Shown here in pieces: positions 48,837 through 57,165 of a DNA stretch of 64,000 nt (within the stretch, counting starts at the first letter, position 1; every line of letters starts with the position of its first letter). Where the stretch lies: positions 672,001 to 736,000 of the forward strand of contig CBDCYI010000004.1 in assembly GCA_965224085.1 (NCBI GenBank), in the 5' to 3' direction. The notes under the pieces are model-generated. The model was not told the DNA's origin and did not search any database. It was given only the letters and a program-made list of their open reading frames with translations. This DNA is from Candidatus Marinacidobacterales bacterium. GTDB lineage: Bacteria; Acidobacteriota; Vicinamibacteria; Marinacidobacterales; SMYC01. A program made the translations under genes and the position numbers.

Positions 48837-50735
48837 CTATTTCTTCTCGTCCGAGTCCACGATCTCGGCGTCGATGACATCCTCGCCGTCCAACTGAGAG
48901 CCCTCGGCGGCTTGCGAGGCGTCGGCGCCGGTCTCGTCGGTTTCTTGGTACATGAACTCGGCGAGCCGGTAGCTCGCTTTTTGGAGCACCTCCCGTGCGT
49001 TGCGAATCCCTTGCACCTCCTTTTCATTGAGCGCTTTGCGGGCATCGTCGAGTGCTGCCTCGATCTGCTTGGCGTCCGTTTCCGGGATCTTCTCACGGTG
49101 CTCGTTGAGAAGCTTCTCGGTCTGATAGATGAGGTTGTCGGTCTCGTTCTTCTCCTCGACTTCCTCGCGACGCTTTTTGTCGTCCTCGACATTGAGCTCT
49201 GCGGTCTTGCGCATCTGGTCGATTTCTTGGTCGCTGAGCCCGCTCGACGCGGTGATCGTGATCGCCGTTTGCTTGCCTGTCGCCATGTCCTTCGCAGAAA
49301 CGTTCAAAATGCCGTTTGCGTCGATATCGAACGTGACTTCGATTTGCGGCACTCCACGTACCGCCGGGGGGAGCCCCACAAGATGGAATCTTCCGAGGGT
49401 GCGGTTGTCCACCGACATCGAGCGCTCGCCCTGCAGGACGTGAACTTCGACCTGGGTCTGGTTGTCGGCGGCGGTCGAGAACACTTCGCTCTTCTTGTGG
49501 GGAATGGTCGTGTTGCGCTCGATGAGTTTCGTGAACAAGTTGCCGAGGGTCTCGATCCCGAGAGAAAGCGGCGTCACGTCGAGGAGCAAAAGGTCTTTGA
49601 CCTCGCCTCCGAGAACGCCTGCTTGTACGGCAGCACCGAGAGCGACCACTTCATCGGGATTGACACCCTTGTGGGGCTCCTTGCCGAAAAGCTCCTTCAC
49701 GATCTCTTGGACCTTCGGGATACGCGTCGAGCCGCCGACGAGCACCACCTCGTCGATCTCGGAAGCCTTGAGTCCGGCATCTTCAATCGCCTGCTTGCAG
49801 GGCGCGACCGTCTTTTGAACGAGATCGTCGATCAGCTGCTCGAGCTTCGAGCGCGACAGACGTCCCGAGAGATGTTTGGGTCCGCTGGAATCGGCCGTGA
49901 TGAACGGAAGATTGATCTCGGTCTCCATCGTCGAGGAGAGCTCGATCTTCGCCTTTTCCGCCGCTTCTTTCAGGCGCTGAAGCGCCATCCGGTCTTTCGA
50001 AAGATCGACACCGTCCGAGGACGAGAACTCATCGATGAGCCAATCGATAATTCTCTGATCGATATTATCGCCACCGAGATGGGTATTGCCGTTGGTGGAC
50101 TTGACTTCCACAACGCCTTCACCGACCTCGAGGATCGAGATGTCGAAGGTGCCGCCGCCAAAATCGAAAACGGCGATCTTTTCGTCTTTCTTCTTGTCGA
50201 GACCATAGGCGAGTGCCGCCGCCGTGGGCTCGTTGACGAGCCGCATGACTTCGAGCCCAGCGATTTCGCCAGCGTCCTTGGTCGCTTGACGTTGGCTGTC
50301 GTTGAAGTGGGCCGGAACGGTGATGACGGCTTGTTCAACCTTTTCGCCGAGATAGTCCTCCGCGGCAGACTTGAGCTTTTGGAGCACCATTGCCGAGATT
50401 TCGGGCGGCGAATAATGGTGCCCTTTAATGTCCACTCGGGCATCGCCATTCTCTTCTTTGACGACTTTGAAGGGGACCATTTGCATTTCTTCCGAGACCT
50501 CGTCGAAACGACGTCCCATGAAGCGCTTGATCGAGAAAATCGTGTTCTCGGGGTTGGTGATAGCTTGCCGCTTGGCGACTTGTCCAACGAGCCGCTCGTT
50601 GCCTTTCGCGAAAGCGACGACGGAAGGCGTCGTACGGCCGCCCTCGGGATTCGTGATGACCGCCGGGTTCCCACCTTCCATAACGGCCACGACCGAATTG
50701 GTGGTTCCCAAGTCGATCCCGATGATTTTGGTCAT
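48837..50735 (-). CDS. dnaK: Chaperone DnaK (Hsp70)
   Basis: [36 protein letters not shown]; ATG at 50735 after an AGAAGGAG RBS. Confidence 0.98.
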   Translation of the reverse strand: MTKIIGIDLGTTNSVVAVMEGGNPAVITNPEGGRTTPSVVAFAKGNERLVGQVAKRQAITNPENTIFSIKRFMGRRFDEVSEEMQMVPFKVVKEENGDARVDIKGHHYSPPEISAMVLQKLKSAAEDYLGEKVEQAVITVPAHFNDSQRQATKDAGEIAGLEVMRLVNEPTAAALAYGLDKKKDEKIAVFDFGGGTFDISILEVGEGVVEVKSTNGNTHLGGDNIDQRIIDWLIDEFSSSDGVDLSKDRMALQRLKEAAEKAKIELSSTMETEINLPFITADSSGPKHLSGRLSRSKLEQLIDDLVQKTVAPCKQAIEDAGLKASEIDEVVLVGGSTRIPKVQEIVKELFGKEPHKGVNPDEVVALGAAVQAGVLGGEVKDLLLLDVTPLSLGIETLGNLFTKLIERNTTIPHKKSEVFSTAADNQTQVEVHVLQGERSMSVDNRTLGRFHLVGLPPAVRGVPQIEVTFDIDANGILNVSAKDMATGKQTAITITASSGLSDQEIDQMRKTAELNVEDDKKRREEVEEKNETDNLIYQTEKLLNEHREKIPETDAKQIEAALDDARKALNEKEVQGIRNAREVLQKASYRLAEFMYQETDETGADASQAAEGSQLDGEDVIDAEIVDSDEKK

Positions 50736-50788
50736 GGGTGCTCCTTCTCTGTATCCCTGGTATTCTGACAGAGATTCAGTCAAACAAA

Positions 50789-50818
50789 ACCATACGATAT
50801 GAGTCCGAATTTGTCAAT
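50789..50818 (-). promoter_or_regulatory. Sigma70-type dnaK promoter with overlapping HAIR-like HspR operator
   Basis: Minus strand TTGACA-17 nt-TATGGT; operator-like ATTGACA-N7-ACTCATA (50798-50818) versus HAIR CTTGAGT-N7-ACTCAAG. Confidence 0.72.
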
Positions 50819-50949
50819 TTTCTTATCTCGAAACGACGACAAAGTTGTCCCCAAAGAGTGACTTCGATCACATTTCGCCCACCAGTCATGTCTCGAGCAA
50901 CCTCTTTGTTTTCAATTCTTTCAGCCATTTGCGCTCGCGGACCGCTCCG

Positions 50950-50965
50950 TGGTATAGAGGTTGCA
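50950..50965 (+). promoter_or_regulatory. Putative sigma54 promoter of the FecR-domain gene
   Basis: TGGTAT-AGAGG-TTGCA with correct GG/GC spacing; IHF-like TTTCAATTCTTT near 50910-50921. Confidence 0.55.
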
Positions 50966-51019
50966 TCTGAGATGATTAGGGCGTGTCGGGCGCTCGCATA
51001 TTCTCAGGAGGATCGGGAA

Positions 51020-52996
51020 ATGATGGGGAAAGGACCTGTTCTCGGCATGGTTATGCTGCTAGGGTTGTCCGCCCTGCCGGTCACGAGCGTCGCTCAGGAA
51101 AATTCTTACGAGAACGCCTATATTCACTACGTCGACGGAGACGTCACGCTGCAACGAGCGACGGAGCCCGAGCCCGGAGCCATCAACGTTCCCATTCTTC
51201 CGGGAGATCGGCTCTGGACGCATGCGAGCTCGCGTGTCGCTATCCGTTTCGCCGACGGTACGATCCTTCGTCTCGACGAGAGCACGAAAGTCGACTTCGT
51301 CACATTCGATCGCGAGCCCAATATCTTGCTGTGGAGCGGCAGCGCCATCCTGAAGCTCGGCGCCAGCAGCGCAAATCCTCGCATCGACTCGACCGCCGGA
51401 AGTGTGTACCCGCAATTCGAAGGTGTCTATCGCATCGACGTACAGGGCGGCACGACGATGAAGTTGTCGGTCCGACAAGGCCGCGCCGAGCTCGCGAGTA
51501 CCGAAGGTTCCGTCCTTGTCGGCGCGGGCGAGCAAAGCTTCATCGAAGCGTCCCACGAGCCGCCGTCCCCGTCTGCGCCATTCTCCTTCGATGCGGCAAG
51601 CGGCGACGCGTTCGACCAGTGGAGCGCAGAGCGGAATCTCTACGATCCGCGCCGCCGCGAAGTACCGCTCGCCGAAGTTCCCGAAGAGGTCCATCACTAC
51701 GTCGACGAGTTGAGCGAGCACGGCGAATGGCGGGCGCACGAAGAGCAAGGTTATGCCTGGTACCCGAGCGTGAGCGTCGGTTGGGCGCCTTACCGTCACG
51801 GCCGTTGGGGCTACACGCATTACGGCTATACGTGGATCTCCTACGAGCCATGGGGCTGGGCGCCGTATCACTACGGCCGTTGGGGTTACAATCACTATGG
51901 ATGGCACTGGGTTCCGGGCCGCCATTGGGGACCCGCTTGGGTCTCCTTCGCCATCGGACCCGCTTGGATCGGCTGGAGCCCGCTCGGCTATCATGGCGGG
52001 CCTGTTTTCTCTTATAGCTCCCTCCACTACGGGTCCCATAATTACGGTTATTACGGCCGCACCCGTGGCGCCACTCGATCGCGTCGAGCTCGTTACCGTG
52101 GCGGCAAAGCCGTGCCGCGCCACGTCTACGACAACGGTGCCGGATGGAACTTTTCCCACACAAGAAACTTCGGAAGCCGTGCGCGACGTGCCCGGCTGCG
52201 CCCGGATCAAGTTCGATCGACGTCCCGCGCCGCCGCACTTCACACGACGGCCTCCGTCTTGGATCGTAACTTGACGCCTAACGCGCTCGACGCGCGTGGG
52301 AGAGCTCAGGGAACCCTGGGACGACGTCGAGGTATAATCCTCCGCGCAGCGCGACCGCGAAGGGCTTCGCCCGAGGCAAGCTTGCAGCGGGCGCAGGAGC
52401 TCTCCGGCCGAACGGACACGAGAGTGATCCGGCGCGACAACACCGCCGCGCGCGCCGCCGCTCGAAGATTCGACACGGGCACGACAGCGAGGCCTGGGCC
52501 GTCGAGTACAATCCTGAGGGCCATGACTCGTAGTGGGTCCCAAGAGCGCGCCGAGAGCCAACCGACGGTGCGCACTTTTTGCACACCCAACACGACGGCC
52601 CGTCGTCCCGCAATTCGATCCGGAACCAGCACGGAGCGCGCAACGCCCACCCGCACCTTTCGCACGCCAAGCTCAGGTAACGCCAAGCTCCCCAACCGCT
52701 CAGGCACCACCACAAGCCCCAACCGCTCAGGTTTCCGGACCCAGCGGCCTTCGCCCAATAGCTGGCGCCGTGCACCGGCAGCACAGCCACGCCCTAGGCA
52801 GCCTAGTTCCAGCAAGCGGCGTGGGACACTATCGGCGCCAAGCCGCCCATCCGGCGTGCGCGCAACCCCAATACCGTCACGCGGCGGGTCTGCTACCCGA
52901 GGCACCCGCTCACCCTCGCGCCCGTCGTCGTCCCGTGGCAGCCGAGGCTCCCGAGGCCGAGGTTCAGCCCGCTCCCGCGGCAACAACAACCGGTAA
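51020..52996 (+). CDS. Exported FecR-like / DUF6600-type protein with aromatic repeat region and Arg/Ser/Pro-rich disordered tail
   Basis: Signal peptide, YVDGDVTL..GDRLWT..RLDEST, WAPYRHGRW..EPWGWAPYHYGRW..WGPAWV, basic low-complexity C-terminus. Confidence 0.75.
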   Translation: MMGKGPVLGMVMLLGLSALPVTSVAQENSYENAYIHYVDGDVTLQRATEPEPGAINVPILPGDRLWTHASSRVAIRFADGTILRLDESTKVDFVTFDREPNILLWSGSAILKLGASSANPRIDSTAGSVYPQFEGVYRIDVQGGTTMKLSVRQGRAELASTEGSVLVGAGEQSFIEASHEPPSPSAPFSFDAASGDAFDQWSAERNLYDPRRREVPLAEVPEEVHHYVDELSEHGEWRAHEEQGYAWYPSVSVGWAPYRHGRWGYTHYGYTWISYEPWGWAPYHYGRWGYNHYGWHWVPGRHWGPAWVSFAIGPAWIGWSPLGYHGGPVFSYSSLHYGSHNYGYYGRTRGATRSRRARYRGGKAVPRHVYDNGAGWNFSHTRNFGSRARRARLRPDQVRSTSRAAALHTTASVLDRNLTPNALDARGRAQGTLGRRRGIILRAARPRRASPEASLQRAQELSGRTDTRVIRRDNTAARAAARRFDTGTTARPGPSSTILRAMTRSGSQERAESQPTVRTFCTPNTTARRPAIRSGTSTERATPTRTFRTPSSGNAKLPNRSGTTTSPNRSGFRTQRPSPNSWRRAPAAQPRPRQPSSSKRRGTLSAPSRPSGVRATPIPSRGGSATRGTRSPSRPSSSRGSRGSRGRGSARSRGNNNR

Positions 52997-53099
52997 ACCG
53001 CTAAAGCTGCACGCAGGCAGCGACACCTTTTCTTTGCACCTGTGCGTTATCTTTTCTCAAACATTGGTCCTTTTTCTTTGATTTAGATTTCTTGACGCT

Positions 53100-54686
53100 C
53101 TAGCGGATCCGAAAGATACGTGGCATTAACAAGAGGAGCTCTTCTCGCGCTAGCGTCTCGACGAGGGCGATGCGCTCGAGGAGCTCGGTCATCAGGCCTT
53201 CTCGGGGACCGACGAGTCCGACACGCAGCCGCTCTCGTAGGCTGCGGCGGCGTGGGTAGACGGCGATACGTGCCTTTCTAAGATCGAGATGGGCTTTTTG
53301 GGCCGCGAGCTGAAGGGCGGTGTTGAGGCCGCCGAGCTCGTCTACGAGCCCGAGCTCACGTGCCTGCCTTCCAGTCCAGACGCGTCCTCGCCCGGCGGCG
53401 TCTGCTTGCTCGATCGTGAGATCTCTTCCCTCCGCCACGACGGGTAGAAACCGGCGCCGGTAGAACTCCTCGAGGTAGCGCCGGTGCCACGCACGCTGCT
53501 CCTCCGTAAACGAGCGCAGCGGCGAGTTGATGCGGGCATTGCCTCCGAGGGCGATGCTCTCGCGGTGGATGCCGAGACGATCGAGCAAACGCCTCACGAC
53601 GAACTTCCCTCCGACCACGCCAATGGAGCCGGTTAGTGACGTTCCCTCCGCGACGACCCCACTCGCCGCGGCCGCGATGTAATAGCCGCCGGATGCCGCG
53701 ATGTTCCCCATCGAAACGACGACAGGTTTTTCCTTCACGGTAAGCGAGAGTTCGCGGTGAATGGCATCGGAGGCGATAACGCCTCCTCCAGGGCTCTCGA
53801 TCCGCAGGACGATCGCTCGTATGCGCGGATGGCGTCTGAGCTTCTGGAGCGCTTCGCGCAAGGCGTTGGCCGAGGCCGTCGACCGGCCGATTCCCGTCGT
53901 CAAGACGCCCACGACATGGAGCACTGCCACGCGGGGACGCCGCCATCGTGCGACGCGGCCGAGCCAGCCGGGCGACCCGTAGCGTGTATACTCGACGCGT
54001 TTCGCTCTTGGACCGATAGCCTCTTCGAAAAGCGTGTCGCAAGAATCCTCGTAGCCGAGCTCGTCGACGAGCCCCGCCCGTTTCGCATCCTGCGCCATAT
54101 GAGGACCGGCGGCAACCGCCGCGGCCGCAGCATCCGTCGTGATCCCGCGACCTTCGGCGATATGCCGGACGAATTGCTCGTTCATGTCCTCGAGGATGGA
54201 TTTCATCTCTCGGCGGTGCGGCTCCGACGAGCGGCGCTGCTCGAAGATTTCGCCCGCGGATTTGAACTCACCCACCGCGTCGAGCTCGGGGCTCACACCG
54301 AGCTCACCGAGCAAGTCTTTGAAGAACAGCCCTTCGCTCGAGAGCGCTTGCAGCGTCAGAGTCGCGCTCGGCGCGAGGACGATCCTTTCGCACGCGCAAG
54401 CCAAAAGGAACGTCGCGTTCGAAGCACCCTCGATAAAGGCCACGGTCGCTTTTCCTTGACTGCGCAACGCGCGAATGCCCCGGTGCAAGCTCTCCGCTTG
54501 TGACCAGCCGATCTCGATATTCGCAAGCTCGAGATAGAGCGCTCCGATGCGTTCATCGTCGCGCGCGCGGTCGAGTGCGCGCTCGATTTCGTAGATCGAC
54601 GCCCGCTCCGAACGCGCCCTTGGAAACCTTCCGGGGAGCTCACTCACGCCATGTGCGATTCGAATTTCGAGAATTCTTCGTTTCAT
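53100..54686 (-). CDS. sppA: Signal peptide peptidase SppA (S49, two-domain type)
   Basis: GEFKSAGE, LRIESPGG, SMGNIAASGGYY, TGSIGV, GRVWTG..GLVDELGG. Confidence 0.9.
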   Translation of the reverse strand: MKRRILEIRIAHGVSELPGRFPRARSERASIYEIERALDRARDDERIGALYLELANIEIGWSQAESLHRGIRALRSQGKATVAFIEGASNATFLLACACERIVLAPSATLTLQALSSEGLFFKDLLGELGVSPELDAVGEFKSAGEIFEQRRSSEPHRREMKSILEDMNEQFVRHIAEGRGITTDAAAAAVAAGPHMAQDAKRAGLVDELGYEDSCDTLFEEAIGPRAKRVEYTRYGSPGWLGRVARWRRPRVAVLHVVGVLTTGIGRSTASANALREALQKLRRHPRIRAIVLRIESPGGGVIASDAIHRELSLTVKEKPVVVSMGNIAASGGYYIAAAASGVVAEGTSLTGSIGVVGGKFVVRRLLDRLGIHRESIALGGNARINSPLRSFTEEQRAWHRRYLEEFYRRRFLPVVAEGRDLTIEQADAAGRGRVWTGRQARELGLVDELGGLNTALQLAAQKAHLDLRKARIAVYPRRRSLRERLRVGLVGPREGLMTELLERIALVETLAREELLLLMPRIFRIR

Positions 54687-54845
54687 TCCGCGTTCCGGGA
54701 CCCTCCTTCATACAACAGACTGAGACCACGCGTCCATTCGAACATTGCGCCGATGTCGGGCAAACCCCACACAGCCTTCAAAGTCGGTTGTGATTTGGTC
54801 GGAAATTGTAGAAAATAATCCCGTTCCAACAAAATAGTCCCGATC

Positions 54846-56600
54846 ATGGCAGCAACGAACGTCAAAGGGGTGGCCTCCCGAGTGGAGTGGATCGGCTCGC
54901 TCGATGCCGTCCCCTTAGCGCAAGTTCTTCGTCAAATCGCCGCCGAGGAACGAAGCGGCGATCTTCAGATCAATCTCGGCTCCGCCATCAAGACCATTTA
55001 TTTCGATCACGGATTTGTCATCTTCGCCGGTAGCAATTTGAAACGCGATCGTCTAGGCGAAAGCCTCATCGGAGCCGGACGGATCTCGCGGCACGAGTTC
55101 GCGCTCGCGAGCATGTTGATGAAGGGCAGCCGCCGCAAATTCGGGCAGGCCCTCGTCAAAGCGGGCGTCATGTCCGAAGAGGAGCTCGGAAAGCATGTCG
55201 CTGCTCAAGTCAATCGGATCGTGATGTCGCTGTTCAAGTCCCCCGACGCGGTCTATAGCTTCGACGAGCGCGACACGGTGATCCCGATGGAGTTGATGGT
55301 GGGCTTGTCCATCTACCGTATCCTCCTCGAGGGCGTGCGGCACATGACGAACGGGAAGCTCCTCCTCGCTGGCCTTCCGCCGCTCAACACGATGGTGCAG
55401 GTCGCGGAGCATCCCCCTTTCACCATCGATCCGCGCAAGCTGAAGCCGATCGAGCAAAGCGTTTTGCGCGGTGCCGGCAGAGGAGCCCCTCTTTCAACAT
55501 TACTACGGCGCGGCGACAGCGAACGCGGCCTCGTGCTTCGGGCGTGTTACGGCTTGTACGCGGCGGGGCTTCTCGATCCGGCCGACGAAAGCCCGCGGCG
55601 TCCTTTGAAGGTGCAGGAAGAGACGGGCGTCTTCGTGCTCTCCGAGATTCAGAGAAAGTTCGCGAAGATTCAAGCAACGAACGCGCAGCAGGAGATCCTG
55701 ATGGAGTTCGACCGCCTGGACCGCGCCTCGGAACAAGAGCTGCTGCGCCTCGAAGGTCCGGCTCAGGAATCCGCCATTCAAAAAGCGTTCGAAAAGCGCC
55801 AATCCGAGTGGAGAAAAAAGCGCGCGATGGTGGAAGCACAGCAGACGCTCGTCGCCAAAATCGACGTCATCCAGGAGCGGCTGCAAAAAGCCTACGAGCG
55901 CATGCTCGAACAACGTGAGCGAGTGAACGAGGATACCAAGCCCGATACCGCTGCAGTACCGACGTTCGAAACACCGACCGAACACCAACTGCCTCCGCTG
56001 AACGAAGGGTTGTTCGAGGAAATGGGGAACGACCTCAGCGTGGCCAACGAAAAGGCCGCGCACTCTCTCGTCGACACGCAGCCACCCGAGCCGCCAGTGC
56101 CACCGGCGGACGCCGCGTCCGCGGAGGAGAGCCTGGAGCGCGAGCCGGACGAAGATGCCAACGCGGACGCCGTTGCGGGATTGACGGGTGCCGTTCGCGC
56201 CGATCGCGTGCGCCAACTCCTCCGCGACGTCAAGCTGCACTTTCAAGTACGTGACTGGGAGCACGCCGTCTCGCTTCTGTACGAGCTCGTAGAACTCGAG
56301 CCGGAAGTAGCACAACATCACGGTATGCTCGGCCGCGCGATGGCGCGCCACCCCGTCATGAGAAAAGATGCTGAACGCCACTTCATCGAAGCCCTTCGGC
56401 TCGCGCCCCAGGACGCAGACCTCCATTTCTCGCTCGGGCTGTACTACAAATCCTTCAACATGCACTCGCGGGCGCAGAACGCGTTCCGCACGGCACTGCG
56501 TATTCGTCCCGAGCATGAAGGAGCACGAAAACAATTGAGCTCGGGGCCGGGCGGTAAAAAAGACCCGCTGCGCGACATGTTCAAGAAAATCTTCGGTTGA
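54846..56600 (+). CDS. DUF4388 + MshEN-like + degenerate J-like domain + TPR protein
   Basis: GSLDAVPLAQVL, RLGESLIGAGRIS / KFGQALVKAGVMS, ELLRLEGPAQESAIQKAF..LQKAYERM without HPD, C-terminal TPRs. Confidence 0.72.
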   Translation: MAATNVKGVASRVEWIGSLDAVPLAQVLRQIAAEERSGDLQINLGSAIKTIYFDHGFVIFAGSNLKRDRLGESLIGAGRISRHEFALASMLMKGSRRKFGQALVKAGVMSEEELGKHVAAQVNRIVMSLFKSPDAVYSFDERDTVIPMELMVGLSIYRILLEGVRHMTNGKLLLAGLPPLNTMVQVAEHPPFTIDPRKLKPIEQSVLRGAGRGAPLSTLLRRGDSERGLVLRACYGLYAAGLLDPADESPRRPLKVQEETGVFVLSEIQRKFAKIQATNAQQEILMEFDRLDRASEQELLRLEGPAQESAIQKAFEKRQSEWRKKRAMVEAQQTLVAKIDVIQERLQKAYERMLEQRERVNEDTKPDTAAVPTFETPTEHQLPPLNEGLFEEMGNDLSVANEKAAHSLVDTQPPEPPVPPADAASAEESLEREPDEDANADAVAGLTGAVRADRVRQLLRDVKLHFQVRDWEHAVSLLYELVELEPEVAQHHGMLGRAMARHPVMRKDAERHFIEALRLAPQDADLHFSLGLYYKSFNMHSRAQNAFRTALRIRPEHEGARKQLSSGPGGKKDPLRDMFKKIFG

Positions 56601-56820
56601 ACTGGTCCACGAAGCCCGAACGCGAAAATAGGATCTCGTTGAAAACTCGCGGCGTCACCCATCCTCCACTTAAAGCAGCACTTTACCAGATTAGCGTTAA
56701 CTGTATTTTGGGCGCGCCCGATCCGGGGGTGATATATGCGTATTGATATTTAAATAATTGTTTTATAGAAGATATACGTCTAGCGCGCCCGTCCCTAAAT
56801 CCCATCTGCTCATAAGCTTC

Positions 56821-56868
56821 CCCCTACATTTAGTGGGTCCAATTACCCAACAACGCAAAATCTAGTAT
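56821..56868 (+). promoter_or_regulatory. Tandem NrdR boxes
   Basis: cccCTACATTTAGTGG (56821-56836) and acgCAAAATCTAGTAT (56853-56868), 32 bp apart, matching acaCwAtATaTwGtg upstream of nrdJ. Confidence 0.78.
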
Positions 56869-56875
56869 TTTTTTC

Positions 56876-56904
56876 TTGACAGCGAATCGTGCTCCGCATA
56901 TAAA
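56876..56904 (+). promoter_or_regulatory. Sigma70-type promoter of nrdJ
   Basis: TTGACA-17 nt-TATAAA. Confidence 0.72.
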
Positions 56905-57165
56905 ACTATTTCCAAGGCTCGCTCAGAAAGAACCACTAGGTTATTAGAGCTGCTGGCCGCGGCGGGAAGTTCAGTACGCCCTCGATTTGTCTTTCGCGAC
57001 GCTCGGGGGAGCGGGGATGGTATTCGCTGAACATGAGCCCAGTTGTACCAAACAAGATTTCTAGAGGGTTTCGGCGATAGGCCAAGCAAAAGTGGAACCG
57101 CGTAACGAGCGCCGTGAGGCGGTGGCTCGGAAATCAGGTTTTTTCTCGCGACCGGAGGGTCCAGG

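Noticed and set aside
47913-50768. 951-aa plus-strand ORF
   Set aside because: Antisense shadow of dnaK/dnaJ, a well-known artefact in GC-rich genomes; no recognisable motifs. The same applies to other long antisense ORFs such as 3670..5103, 21890..23200, 51059..52561 and 57355..58614.
56930-56985. CCACT..GGGAAG resembling a cobalamin riboswitch B12 box
   Set aside because: The conserved 5' core (GGGAA..GGTG.AA.TCC) and the stem arrangement are not present.
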